Below the pieces are notes generated by a model, which saw only the letters and a program-made list of their open reading frames with translations, searched no databases and was not told the origin of the DNA. From NCBI RefSeq assembly GCF_009914755.1, contig NC_060944.1: a stretch of DNA of 64,000 nt. The stretch is one strand, 5' to 3'. Made by a program: the position numbers and the translations under genes. This DNA comes from the human T2T-CHM13v2.0 reference genome, Homo sapiens. Below, in pieces: positions 12,272 through 28,845 of this stretch (position 1 is its first letter; each line of letters starts with the position of its first letter).

Positions 12272-12486
12272 AACAACTGTTCTTTAAATGTTCTACTATC
12301 AAGAATGTTTTTCATATTTAATTTTTAAAATATTTCTGATATCTCTGATATTGGTCCTTAATATTCTATAAACATTTAACTATCTACCTTTTGAACTAAT
12401 AATTCCTTTTATAATCTATTCTACACATTTTGCCCAAATATTGTAGGATAAATGTTAAGGATGTACATTTCACCATTATTTGTAAC

Positions 12487-13560
<1,074 letters not shown>

Positions 13561-13640
13561 CAAGTTTATGTTTATGAACTACCTAAATGTCTATCAAGAG
13601 GATAATGGTTTTTTTTTTTTTAAATGATGGCATTTCCATT

Positions 13641-14060
13641 TGTGATGGTTAATTTTATTTGTCAACCTGACTGGGCTAAGGGATGCCTAGATAGCTGGTA
13701 AAACATTATTTCTGGCATGTTCTTGAGGGTGTTTCTGGAAAAGATTAAGATTTGAATCCATAGACTGAGTAATGAGGACCGCCTTCTCCAATTTGGGCTG
13801 GCATCATCTAATCTGTTGAGGGCCTGCTTAGAACAAAATAACAAATTTACGCTGTCTGTTTGAGCTGAGACATCCATCTCCTGCCCTAAGACACCAGCGC
13901 TCCTGATTCTTGGGCCTGGGTCTTACACCATTAGTTCCCCTGGTTCTTGGGCCTTTCGTCTGAGATTGAATGACAGCACTGGCTTCCCTGACTCTCCAGC
14001 TTTCGGACAGCAGGTTGCTGGGACTTCCTGGCCTCCATAATTACATGACCAATTCCCATA
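13641..14060 (+). mobile_element. MLT2 (ERVL) LTR
   Basis: tgtgatggttaattttatttgtcaacctgactgggctaagggatgcc...ctggtaaaacattatttctgg. Confidence 0.88.
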
Positions 14061-14187
14061 CCCCCATTCCATAAAATAATGAGATAGAGCTATAAAAATA
14101 TTTCTAAGTTGTATAGTTGTATGAAAACATCAAGAAAAATAGCAATGGGATAGTAAAGTGTCTGCATTATTAAAACGCATGTGTATA

Positions 14188-14520
14188 CAGTCAGCTCTCC
14201 ACCTCCACAGGGTTAGTATCTGTGGATTCAACCAAATGGGGATAAAAAATATTCAAAAAATAAAAAAAGATACTAACAATAATATGACAATACAAAAATA
14301 ATATAAATAAAAACCAATATGATATAATAATTATTTAGCTAGCATTTATGTCATATTTGGTATTATAAGTAATCTACAGATGATTTAAAATATACCAAAA
14401 GATATGTGTAGGTTATATGCAAATACTATACCATTTTGTACCAGGGACTTGACCATCTGGGGATTTTGGTATCTGAGGGTGTCCTGGAACCAATTCCCTG
14501 TGGATACCAAGGGATTGCCA
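14188..14520. mobile_element. Tigger3a/MER7A-type TcMar MITE
   Basis: ta|cagtcagctctcc...ggattcaacc...taggttatatgcaaatactataccatttt...tcctggaaccaattccctgtggatacc. Confidence 0.85.
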
Positions 14521-15288
14521 TATACACAAGTATTCTATTTTCATTTTTTAAAAAATCAGAGCACCCCAAAATTTAATGGCTTCTTCTGAGAAGGGTAATT
14601 GCAGATGGCATGCAAAAGGGAAGTTTGAAGTTATACATTATTTTGCTGTTTCTTTCCCAATAACGTATTAGTGGATTTTCATTGTTTTAAGAAGGGGAAA
14701 ATATTCACTCTTCTAAAACTTATAAAGACACTTTTGTAACAACTTTAACAAATTCCATACTCCATAGATGAGTCATGTCTTTTTAGAAGGGTCATTATCA
14801 AAGTTTGGTTCAAAATATCGTTTGCTTTTGCCAGTTATAAATGTTTGAGAGAATGTGAACTTTCGTCTCTATATTCAATCTAGAATTTTCTTAGTATGAT
14901 CCCTCTGTGGCCACTGAGCACAAAATGGTGGTGTTGCTAGGCAGTGAGAGCCTCCTGCTTCAGGGAAGTGAGTTCTAATAACTCTTCAACTAACTGGTAG
15001 TCAGAACTGAAGTGGATGATGAAACACTTTCAGGAACTTGGCACCACTCTCAAATTCAGAAATTGCTCTTTTAATATATGTTGGAGGTTGCGTGAAACAA
15101 AACTGAAGTTTTTCCAGTGTATTTCAGTTTTCCAGTCTTCCAAGGATTTGTGGAGTTCTCGGTGGCAGAATTACTAACAATGGATTCACAAATGTGACTA
15201 AAAATAGATGGCATGATTGAAGGCTTAATTTCATCTAATCTGATGCAATCTTATGTAAAGTTATGTCCACATCAAGAAGACAGCCATT

Positions 15289-15627
<339 letters not shown>

Positions 15628-16209
15628 TTATATCTGACTTTTTCTAAACGTAAATTTGATAAAAATAGCTAAAATCCTACTATATGTAATTTTTAAACAG
15701 CCAAAAATAATGCATAGAATGCAAGTTGTCATATTTTTCAGGAGTAGCCACAGTTTCTATATAATTATTTGCTGACTTTGATTCCACTGTGACACAATCA
15801 TTTTTAAAAATATATGAAATCAGACATTCTAGAGTCTGTCATGAAATGCTACCAAAGTTTTCTTTTGCTTAAGGGCACTGGTGACAGGGCATCGTAACAC
15901 AATGACACATGGATTTCTTTGAGTTTGGAAGTGTGCCACCATCAAAGATAGGGCCACCCATGGATTCACTACATCAGATCAGAGGAAATTGAATTATAAA
16001 GGACGATGTTCTCAAATTTCACCTTCCAATGACATGTGACAGCTCAAAACAGTCATAGTGTTCAGTAAAGTTCTTTTTTCATTTTTCTTTTTTTTTTTTG
16101 TCATAGATTTTATAGATTGGAACATCAAACAACATGGGTTAGTTTCAAGAAGACATAAGCTACACTGGTGTTCCCCAAAGTGTCTGGTAGCAGGAAATAG
16201 TCTAGATTG

Positions 16210-16432
16210 CTGGTTCTCAGCCCACCATCATTTTGACCACCCAGGGAAAATGTGACAATGCCTGGAGATGTTTTTGACTGTCACAACTGAGAGGTGGGAT
16301 TGCTGCTGGTATTTAGTGGGTAGAGGCCAGGGTGCTGTTAAACACCCTCCAATGCACAGGACAGTAGCCCCACCTCCCTGACAAAGAGAGTTCTTTCCCC
16401 AAATGTCAGTGATGCTAAGCTTGGGAAACCTT
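16210..16432 (+). mobile_element. MER20
   Basis: tggttctcag...gtgggtagaggccagggtgctgttaaacaccctccaatgcacaggacag...ccaaatgtcagt...gggaaacc. Confidence 0.88.
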
Positions 16433-16554
16433 AATCCAGAGTAAACTAAGGCAGCTTCTGAATCCTTTGACCCTTACTTTACCACAAAAACCTGAGATGC
16501 CAACAGTGATACCTACTCACACAGCTAACTACATTAAATAAAATGATTTATAGT

Positions 16555-17219
<665 letters not shown>

Positions 17220-17446
17220 TATGGGAAATTTACATGAGTCCTGATTATTGTTATTGTAGGTCTCATAATTGTTAATATTTGATAACCACACAGGAGCCTA
17301 ATGAGAAGAACTCTTCACAGTAAATAAAAAAGTATTCCAAGCTCTGTTGTAGGTGACAGACTTCTACAATCTACAACTCATCAAGTTGTGTATGTCCACA
17401 TGTGTATATGTTGGCCAATAGCAGAAAGCAATGTTTTGCTGTCTAA

Positions 17447-17755
17447 TTTTTTTTTTTTTTTTTTTTTTTTGAGACAGGGTCTCTCTCTGTCACCCAGTCT
17501 GGAGTGCAGTGTGCAGTGGTGGGATCATAGCTTACTGCAGGCTCGACCTCCTGGGCTCAGGTGATCCTCAGCATCCTGGGTAGCTGAAACTACAGGCATA
17601 CACCACCACACCTGGTTAGTTTTTGTTTTTGTTTTTGTCTGAGATAGGTCTTGCTGTGTTGCCCAGGTTGGTCTCACACTCCTGGGCTCAAGCCATCTGC
17701 CTGCCTCGGCCTCTCAAAGTCCTGGGATTACGGGTGTGAGCCATTGCAACCAGCT
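17447..17755 (-). mobile_element. AluJ
   Basis: gagacagggtct...ctcctgggctcaagccatc. Confidence 0.9.
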
Positions 17756-18539
17756 ATTTTGGTCTCTTAATTGTGAAACAAATAAGAGAGCTTCTCTCTG
17801 TTATTGAAGTGAAGTAGTTACAACTCTGTCCTGACACAGTAATTTAAGAACTTTGTGGCTGGAGAGATTTTCTGAAATTTATATCAACTTGAAACTGACA
17901 TTTTCCTTTTCCTCGTCTAGGTGCTAACCTATGGCCTTGCATGGGTCTTCTGAGATAGAAACGTTTTTGGTAATTGTTGACTCTTTGTAAAATTAGTAAT
18001 CCAGTAAATAGGTCTTGGGTATCCATGTTAGTAAAGTCTCTATTTTCCATGAGGAGTGGGGAATACAACATTGAATTGCAGTACCTGCTCACAGGCAGGT
18101 TTACATATAAATATGTTTCATGACAAAATATTTTAAGTTCTATGGCAGGTACCAAGAATAATCTATGAGGGTTTGGAAGAGGGTGACTTTCCCAGTGGTA
18201 GGAGAGAATAATATATTTGCGAACCATGGTAAGGAGCATAAAAGAATCCCAATCCAAGAGCATCCTGATTTGGGAGTAAGGAGCCCTAAGAACACGTGGT
18301 CACCTGAATTTTAGAGTCTTTATGGACTGGTAACTATTATATACTTTTGATTCCTCCACTTGTTAGATGGAAATGTCTATTGCAGTTACCTTGTTCTTGC
18401 CTGTCAGAAGTGTGGCTATTTTCCAAGAATTAAGCAGTATTTATAGCTCTTGGAGGAGGAATGGCATCATGTAGGCTGCATTTTTTAGAGGTTCCTCCGA
18501 TTTCTCTGGGGAAAATGCATCGTAGGCAGGTAAGAATGA

Positions 18540-19290
18540 AAATATTGAAAATTAGAAGGATATTTCCATAATCCAGGTGAGAAGTGATGATGGTTTAAAG
18601 TTAGAAGACAGCAGTAGAGATGGAGAGAAGCAAATGGATTTCAAATATATATTTACAGATGGTGAGGGTGGGTTGTTTGAGGTGGATGGTAAAAAGAAAG
18701 GAACCAAGAATGACCCTTAACTGCAAGGCTTGAGATGGTATGTGAATGGAAATTTCATTTAATAAGACGGTAGAGTCTGAGAAGGAAACCACTTTGTACA
18801 CATGATGTGAGATGAAGGTAAAGGCTGGAAACAAACTGTGGATCACACATACTAAGTGTGTCTACTAAGATAATGGCTGGATATGAAATAAGCAATTGGC
18901 TATCTAATTGCATCTTGAGTTCAGTGGAGTGACTTGGCAGGAGGTAAATATTTAAGAGTCAGGTAGGTTATTTTTAGGCATATGGACTGGATGAGACCTT
19001 TCTAGCTAGAAAATTGAAGAGGGTAGACCAATTCTTGGAGCACTGCCATGTTGGAAGGTCAAGTAGAGGAAGAAAATAGAAGTAAAGGAAGGAGAATGTC
19101 TTGGGAAGGATGGAGCAGGCTCATCCCAGTGTGTCATCTGTTGCTATTGAAGGACAGAGAAGGTCCAGCAGTTTTAGCACCAAGGAAATCATCAATAAAT
19201 GAGACAACACAATTTCTGTGGAGTCTTAGGAAGGGTGGGAGCCCAGATTGGCATCATTTGAAGAGGAAAACATGACATGAGGAAAATTTT
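18540..19290 (-). mobile_element. L2 fragment
   Basis: atccaggtgagaagtgatgatggt...gcagtagagatggagagaag...atggactggatgaga. Confidence 0.75.
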
Positions 19291-19308
19291 AGAAATTAAT
19301 ACTCTTCT

Positions 19309-19607
<299 letters not shown>

Positions 19608-19824
19608 TTAATATTCTTCTTCGGCTATGCATCAGTTCCCTAGACTTTCTTATGTCAGTTTTAATCATTTACATAAGATTTAAGATAATCATTCTTATGT
19701 CAATTGGCAGTTATGGATTTGAGATGCTGTTAGTCAAACAATTAAATAAGAACAAACAATCAACTTTTAAAATTTTGTTCAGCTGATTGCATGTATACAA
19801 CAAACACACTGGTAAATATCTTCC

Positions 19825-20285
19825 ATTTGTTCATTTATCCTTTAGTTTTTTTCAACAACTCAATACAGAATATATACTAAAGACACATAATTTCTTTACC
19901 CTCATGGAACTCACATTCTACTGAGAAAGACAAAAAATTAAGTAAATAAACAAATAATGCTGTACATGGTACAAAATGTTCAGAGAAAACAAACGTGATT
20001 CAGACACAGAGAACAATGAGAAAACTGATATTAAATGGGCCGGTGGCAGGAGGGCTTTCTGAGTAGGGGATTTTTTAAGCTGAGGCTTGAATGATGCAAA
20101 GATCCACCATGTGGGGTACTGGGATGCAGCAGTGCAGAAAGTCTGGCAAGATGCCCCGAGAGGGAAAGAACTGGGCATGTTTGAACAAATGAGTATCTAC
20201 TGGTATGTAGCGTACAAGGGGGTGTATAATTGGTTTGGCGAGGTTGACAGGGCCCAGATTATGCAGGGACTTCTAGACTCATTTT
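19825..20285 (-). mobile_element. L2 3' fragment
   Basis: tttgttcattt...ccctcatggaactcacattcta...gggcccagattatgcaggg. Confidence 0.7.
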
Positions 20286-20369
20286 GAAAATCCTTCCAAA
20301 ATTGTCTCGACGGCTATTTTTAAAATTTTCTATTTCTTTGAGTAACATAGGAATCAGAAGTATTTCTTG

Positions 20370-21140
20370 GTGCAGCATTTCTAGAGAGCACTTTGACAAT
20401 TTGTATAAAAAAAGCTTAAGTACATGTACTGTAGAGCAATGACTTCATTTCTAGGAATTTATGCTAGGGAAATAATTTTCCACATGCACAAATGTGTATA
20501 CATAGAATATTTGCTTATATTTCCAAACTCCTCAAATTCTATGCTTCAAATATTAATAGGTGGTTTGTACATGTCTCAATAGAGCTGATTTTGCTTTAAG
20601 AAAAAGATGCCTAATTAGGAAAAATAGCTCATGCATGCTGGGCTTAATACCTAGGTGATGGGTTGATGGGTGCAGCAAACCACCATGACACATGTTTACC
20701 TATGTAACAAACCTGCACATCCTGCACATGTACCCTGGAACTTAAAATATTAAAATAAATTAAAAATAAATATTAGAAAAGGATGCCTAATATAGAAAAA
20801 TTTTAAAAATAGCCTAATGCATATCCATATGAGATTAGTTAATATATTCCAAACCACCCATATACTTTATACAACCATAACAATTACTATTTTATTTTTA
20901 TTGACAGGAAAATATTCATGATATTTAGTATTAAGTAAAGATAAGTCAAAAAACCAGTAAATGTAATTTCATTTTTATTTAAATTATATTTAAATTAGAA
21001 AGATAAACATAGGCCTATAGATGGACATGTAAAAATAGAACATTATTCCTGAGTGGTGGGATTATGGATAGTATTTATTCATTTCTTTCTATTTTCCTTT
21101 GTTATCTGAATATTTTTATGAGCATAAATTACTTAGTTAT
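20370..21140 (+). mobile_element. Old L1M(C/E) 3' remnants
   Basis: catttctagagagcactttgacaat...tttctaggaatttatgcta...gagtggtgggattatg. Confidence 0.55.
20616..20774 (+). mobile_element. Short L1PA13-16 3' end
   Basis: gctgggcttaatacctaggtgatggg...gtaccctggaacttaaaa; 17-bp TSD agaaaa(a/g)gatgcctaat at 20599-20615 and 20775-20791. Confidence 0.9.
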
Positions 21141-23382
21141 TACAAATATGCTAAATTAAATTCATGTTTAAACAAAATAAACATTGGCAGCAACAGAAAG
21201 GCTGATGCATGAATCAAAGACTGGAACTTAAGGACATTGTTGGAGAGCAAGAATACAGCCCCCACCTCATTTCAGAAGAAATGAATGTTCAAATTAACAT
21301 CAGCTGTGATGACCAACTGTTTTGGAAAGCAGGCCAGATGGTGTTCATCTTTGCTCTCTGGTGTGTTTTAAGAGGATATTATTGGACTTCTCAGAGACTA
21401 CTCAGTAGCAACAATTACAAAACATCCCTGTAGCTAGGTCATTCCAATTATCTTCTAGCAAACATGCAAGATACTTTGAAGATTTTTCACTAGCCCACAA
21501 TTTGTCTTTGCAATTTGTCCAGAAGAGTTCATATTTACATCCATTAATTTTACTTGAGTGGCATGCTTTCAATTTTGCAAAGACATCCTTTCACATTTGA
21601 GTAGCTGATCATGCAGGGGACAGAGCATAGTTAACCTGCCATTTGAACAGGTTAGCCTGGTGATCACATATGTCCACAGGCAATTTAGCTACATGGCCGA
21701 TGACACAATTAAGACGGATTAGTAAAGAAAACTGGGTTGCAAGGCAAGTAGCATTTCTAAAGTTTCCTAAGAGACCGGTGCAAAGAGGAAAATCACATGT
21801 TCATGATGTTAACTGGCCAAATTTGATTAATCATTTTTAGCATTAAAGCAAAAAAGAAAAGTCCATGGTAAATACCTCAGCCCAACATCTATTACCTCCC
21901 CGCACCGTTTTTTTGTAAGTTTAAAAACAAACCCAATCCAATGAAAATTAGGAGTCCTTTGCCCAATGCTTCATCTTCCATACACAAATCATTCTTATTA
22001 TGGATTTTTCGTGCTACAGATTTTCTAAACATTGGAGTCTTAGAGATGCTAAGTGACTAAAATTAGACATGGTTTTTGACTGATAATTTAACAAGTATGC
22101 TTTAAGAATGTATTAAAGTGGTCTTCAAATTATTTGAGTTTAATGCCTGCTTTCCGAATCCTGGAATTTGGGGTAGCATATACAAAAGGATTAAAAGTAA
22201 AATTCCAGTGCGTCTGTATAGGAAGTTTCAGGAAATGTTTAAAAGAGTGCAGATATTACGATACAGTGGATTTACATCTTAGAGTCCTGAAGTGTGTGCC
22301 TAAGGTAAAAATCATGTGTCCCACGGTCCAGGTGCTCTCTTTTCTAGCATCCCACTAATCTACTTGAGGAGCAGGGCCCAGGGCTGTCTCTCAGGGGCTC
22401 CCTGAAGTCACCTTTCTTCTTGATTCCCTTCTGATTGTCTCTCTTCCACTGCTTAAAGAAGTGTTTTGTACTGATGGGAGGGGAAGCTGCGCTTTTATTC
22501 GTCATCTGCTTCCCCAAGTTGTGGTTCATACTCAGAGCGAGAAGAGAGTCTTTTCTCTTCCCTCAAGAACTAGGTTTTTGAAATTCAAAAGCCAGGAAAA
22601 GAAGCCCATTTTCTCTGCCTTCTGCTATGACAGCTCCTCAGTGGAGTACACACAGCATCCTAACAAAGACTCAGGAGAGCCAGGGAGGTGCGGGAGCAAA
22701 GTAGTGCAGTTTTATTTACACTTACGTTTATATAAAACAGGAAGGTAACTGGCCTTTGCCGATAATTATTACACAAGTCAACATGGTGTTTTCCCCCAGT
22801 TCTGAGCCTAGGAGATCATTCATCTGGCACCCTGTGCAAGGTGAAGTAAAGAAGAGATGAAATTGCTTGGTGCAGAGTGGTCCCTAGCCACATCTGGGCT
22901 CTTTGATTCACTGCTGCCCAACGCAACGCATTGCAGATTACATTTGCACTGTGAAGTGGATGTGTGGACAATGCAACCTCATTTTAATTAGACATACCCT
23001 CATAAAATTACAGAAGACTTAATAAGATTCCTGAAAAGAAAATGCAGATTGAAAATAGCAATGATAACGTAAGCCCAGGCACACAGCAAACCAGCACCAG
23101 CACAGTGCAGCTCCTAGTCCTACTGTCAACTATTCCTCACCCATGTTTCAAGGTTAAAAGAAATCGGGCAGAACATTCGGCCTGAAATTCAGATTTGGGG
23201 GCATGTGGGGAAGCTTAGAATGTCCATGCAAGGTAAAGGCGATATTTTAACAGTGAAAAGCAACATGCTCTTCAAAAGAAACATGTTTTGTTGAGAGGAG
23301 CCTTTAAAAATGGATGTGTGGGTGAGTAGATGGAGGGAACCGATCTATATCCTTAAAAATAAAAAATAGAAACAGAATTTCT

Positions 23383-24034
<652 letters not shown>

Positions 24035-26263
24035 GAAACAGAATTTCTATCTCACGAAAAAAATCTTTCTGAAGAAGAGTTTTAGTAGGTTTATGTACCC
24101 TTTTGTTTAAAAACCAAAAGGCATTTGTCATTTAATTTACAAAACAATGAACTGACATTGAGGAAGATGCAAATTTACCAGTTTTGAACGATGCTGCACA
24201 ATTGGCAGTTGGGTCTGAAAATAAATATCAACATTTAGGATACATGTCCACTGATGTCCCTCTTCTATTTGGGTCCATGTTATCTTTTTAAGATGTCTTT
24301 GTAACTCTTGACTGCCATAAAAAGCCAACGTTTAACTTAGACCTTTAAAATCACGGTTCAGCTTGCATTTTAAAAAACATTAAGGCATATTCAATCATGT
24401 TGTTCCCCATAAAATACTAACAATATGTTAGTTGGAAAAGAATGTTTTATCATGAATATATAAAATAAAATTATAACTAAGATATTTGTTACTTCACTCT
24501 TTATCAAATCATTTTAAAAGTCCTATTTTAAATTTAGTCAAACATGTGCATAGTACAATATAACAGTGTTATATATATAAAATAAATGATTATACATGTA
24601 TTGAAACGTGCACAAAATGTTTTAACTGAGAGGAGTGCATTTTTTTTTGGGGCGGGGTGCTGTGGTTATGGGCCTGGTGACCAGTGACAGTAATTAAATT
24701 TGTAAATTAAGTTTGTAAATCAAATTGCATAGTAACATCCCCCCTCGTGGTATTCATTATCTTTTAGAAATTATCTCATCTTCCTAATTTGCTTGTAAAT
24801 AACTCATCATCAGGGATTATTATTTTTTTATCGTAGTAGGTAATCAAGAAATCATTTATTCATCATATAACAAGAAATGATAGATGCATAGGCCTTAATG
24901 CAGTGACCTCTTTTTAGGATAACTCTATGAGACAGTATAAAATATTAATGAAAATTTAATGAAGTTCTAAGCAAAAAGTAGGTAATAGCAATAATAGAAT
25001 CCACTTGCTTACCAATAAATTAAGTTTTTATTTTCACTTTTGAATTTTTTATTTAAAAACGAAGTTCTGAAATGCTTCCATGTGTTTCTTCCAATCAAAG
25101 TAAATGATCTTTTAAAAACTTACACTATTTTTACAAATTTCTTTCAAGTTATCTCTAACCAAATAACATTCAAAGGGTTTTATTTTTAATGAGTGGAACC
25201 GTGAATTGGAAAACAAATATGCAAGAACCTATTAACTGGCCAGTAAATTAGAATAAAAAGAGAGAAATTTTCTACTACTAAAAGAAAGCTTTAATTTACA
25301 TGCAAATGTGTAGAAGGAAAAAACGTGCTGGAATTTACTTTTAATGGATAGCAGAGCTAGAAAAGAGACAAGAGGTACAAACTGATGGTGTCTCAAATCT
25401 ACTGCCAGATAGACCTGCAAAGAAATGGGCCAATGTCCTTAGGATGAACTATTTTAATGACAGTCTTGCCACATGAGAAAAATTATTGATTCATCCAATT
25501 AACATTAGTATGTAAATTATTCATTAGAGCAACTATCAGAATAAAATTAGGATTTCTAGGCTCATAAGTTGTCCATGCTTCTGCCTTCTATAGTGTGAGA
25601 GATGCTGTATTTTGGAAGAATAGCAACTACTTTAGTGAAAGATGATTACAAATGGCATAGGAAAATAAGGCATTAAGTGTTATTATAAATTTGCTCTTAG
25701 TAAATAAGCATGTTTAATTATTTTTGCATTAGTAGGGGGCTAGGCCTATTGACTATCTACTTGCAATTTTAAGTTTTCTTAGTGTGATGGTAATAAGCTG
25801 GTAGTTTTGATAGTTATTAATTAAAATCTTTTTTAAAAATTTCATACATGGAACTCTGTACTCCCCCTCTTTCCCTTGAAAGCTCAAGATCTGGCATTAT
25901 GGCAACCAAATGATGTCATATGAATGAAATCAAAATATTTTTCATCTCTGTTCTTCCTTAGTTTGGCATCACCCTTCCTCTTTATCCATTCACCACAGAT
26001 TTGCTGCCAGTTTCATAAGGAGTACTTTGGCAGGCAGTATTTATGAAACCCTGCAAGAGCTACGGGATAGCTAACCAGGAATAACTTCCACCGCAGAGGT
26101 CTTGCTCCAAAGCAAGTTCAGCTCTCATAGTATGGAAAGTGGTAGCATCAAACTGTTTTCCAAACTGATTGTCTCAAGCTAGTAAACCAACTTGCTTTGG
26201 GGGAAAAGAAAAAACAAAAACAAAAACAGTTGTTTGGGCAAAGGAAGCTTAACAATTTTATAC

Positions 26264-26266
<3 letters not shown>

Positions 26267-26301
<35 letters not shown>

Positions 26302-26576
26302 CTTACATGTATACATATATATATAGAAGTATATATAAGTATACATATGTATATGTATATATGCATGCACTATACATACAACATATACACACATTGCATA
26401 TATGTATATGTATGTATACATGTATAAGTATATATACATATATACACACATACACTTTACATGTATACATAATGTATACAAAATTTATATATATAACGTA
26501 TACTTACATGTGCATGTACTATACATGCAATATATATACATGTGTATTGCATATATACATATATATTGCATCGATG

Positions 26577-26607
<31 letters not shown>

Positions 26608-26610
26608 GCA
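26267..26610. repeat. Compound (CA)n/(TA)n/(TATG)n microsatellite
   Basis: Two CA arrays bracketing about 280 bp of degenerate TA/CA repeats. Confidence 0.95.
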
Positions 26611-26629
26611 TTTTGTATGCATTCAGTTT

Positions 26630-27280
26630 TTTGTCCAGCAGCCAACCCATGTTATTCTACTTAAAACTGTGAGAATCAAGGCATTTCATCTATGTGAGAA
26701 TCAAATCCAAAGACACTGCCATGGCCTATAAGGCCAGAAAAGAGGTTTTTCTCCTTATCTGTCAAATCCAGTGTTCCACTCCAGGTTTTACTTGCCCTAC
26801 TTCAGCCACAGTGGCCTTTTTGCTTTTCCTTGAACTTAACTATGTGTGTTTCTGTCTTGGGATTTGCACTATCTGGTTCCTCTGCCTGGAATGCTTCCCT
26901 CCTGATCTTCCCATGACTGGAGGGCTTGTTAGAGCAGAGTCTGCTGGGCTCCCCCACCAGAGTTCCAGACTCAGCAGATCTGGGGTGAGGCCTGACAATC
27001 AGCATTTCTAACAAATTCCTGAGTGATGCCAATGTGGCTGATATGGAGATCATTCTTTGAGAACCAGTGCTCTTGCATGTTATCCTATTTTAATTCTCTG
27101 CAGGACACTTATCACTATGTGATATTTTTTCTTCTTCATTTAAGAATTTACTATCTGTCATTTCCACTAGAATATAGATTCAATGACAGCAAGAAACCAG
27201 TTTCTTTTGTTCATTACTATATTCCCTATGCCTAGAATGATGCCTAGCACACAACAGGCACTCAATAAGTATTTCTTGAC
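26630..27280 (+). mobile_element. L2 3' region
   Basis: ttcagccacagtggcc...ttcctctgcctggaatgct...gcctagcacacaacaggcactcaataagtattt. Confidence 0.8.
26921..27069. mobile_element. MER5A (partial) nested in L2
   Basis: agggcttgtt...gattc-like cagactcagcagatctggggtgaggcc...gcatttctaacaa...ctttgagaaccagtg. Confidence 0.8.
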
Positions 27281-27460
27281 TCATTTCATTTGCAAAACAT
27301 TTGCATACGCATTCTATTCCAGGTGCTGGGTGAGAAGCCAGGTGGACTAAGATTAATAAGGACGATCCTTCTCTGTGGGGTTCATAACCTGTTAAGGAAG
27401 ACCATACTCTACTCCACATACACATACTCTCTAATGCAATGTGATAATCAGTATAACAAA
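27281..27460 (-). mobile_element. L2 3' end, tail-to-tail with the preceding L2
   Basis: tcatttcatttgcaaaacattt...ccaggtgctgggtg...ataaggac. Confidence 0.55.
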
Positions 27461-28229
27461 TCCACCGTCACCTCACGGTGCAATATATTCTGATTAAAGG
27501 ATGGTTTTCCAGCATTTGGATGGAAATGAATGAGTTTATGGAAGTATGTCCTGGACTGGTAGTTTCATAACCTTTTAAAATTGCATGTGCCTTTGGACGG
27601 AAACATGGTGTTGATAACTGGGAAATGCTAAGGAGTCACTTGAATGGCAGTCTCTCAACAGAGCTCATTAGGAATTTGCTGTTTTACAGAAAGTCAGGCT
27701 AATGGCGGGTAGGAGGGGCTGGGATAAATTTTAAGAAAAGATAAACAGGGGCTTCTGGGGCACTGACTGTGTGGTTGCATAGGGGTTCACTTTATAACAA
27801 ATGAACTATATGTAAGTACATGTTTGATGCACTTTTCTCAATGTATATTTTATAATAAAAGAGTGTAAAATATCCTGCCTTTGTGAGTTTTAAATTGTAT
27901 AATTATGATATTAAATTAAACATATACTTTTGCAAGCAGAAGAATTTGCTATTTTATAATGACTTTATGAAAACATAGGTGAATTTTTTTTCTCACTTAC
28001 ATTTATGAACCCCAGGAGAAATAGGCTCCTGAACGCTTTCTTGTTAGCAACAGAACTTTCCAAATTATTATTATTTTTTTAAGAAGGAATTTGGAATTGT
28101 AATATGTGACCAAGGAAAAGGGAGATTTTTAGACACAATAACATTAAAATATCTTGTTAATTGTCATCAATTTCAAGGGAGAAATATAACTATTGAGTCA
28201 AATCTATCTTACACTATTTTTAAAAAAGT

Positions 28230-28845
28230 TGTAAACCAAAAATAAAATTCTAAGTCTCCCCAGTCATCTAAATGGGCCCCTCCTCTCAGCCAGGGCACTC
28301 CAAAGTTAACCTGAAAAACTGGCTCAGGCCATGATAGGAAGGAAGGGTCAGGCAGGCCTTACGATACCCTCCTCCCTTTTGAAATTCAGAAAAAGCAGAC
28401 CAGCATTTAATATTGACATAGACCTTAAGTCTGATAAGAAACATTATGGTCTATTCTCTCTGAAGCCTGTTACCTGGAGGTTTCATCTGCATGATAAAAC
28501 TTTGGTCTCCACAACCCCTTATCGTAACCCAGATATTCCTTTTTATTGATAATTGCTCTTTCAACCAATTGCCAATCGGAAGATTTTTAAATCTACTGAA
28601 AACCTGGAGGCCCTCCCTGCTTCAAATTGCCCCACCTTTCTGGACCAATCCAATGTATAGCTTACATGTATTTGATTGATGTCTCATGTCTCCCTAAAAT
28701 GTATAAAACTAGGCTGAGCCCTGACCACCTTGAGGACATGTTCTCAGGGTCTCCTGAGGGCTGTATCACAAGCCATGGTCACTCATATTTGGCTCAGAAT
28801 AAATCTCTTCAAATATTTTGCAGAGTTGAACTCTTTTCATTTACA
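28230..28845 (+). mobile_element. MER4B-type ERV1 solo LTR, complete
   Basis: tgtaaaccaaaaataaaattctaag...tttaca; 4-bp TSD aagt on both sides; TATA-like gtataaaa near 28701 and aataaa near 28798. Confidence 0.9.

Noticed and set aside
17844-18263. 139-aa minus-strand ORF in unique DNA
   Set aside because: No recognisable domain or coding-like composition; length is within chance expectation
24080-24640. Possible ancient DNA-transposon remnant
   Set aside because: Too diverged to assign from memory
26148-26731. Cluster of overlapping Y/I/H/C-rich ORFs
   Set aside because: Artefact of a stop-poor dinucleotide microsatellite
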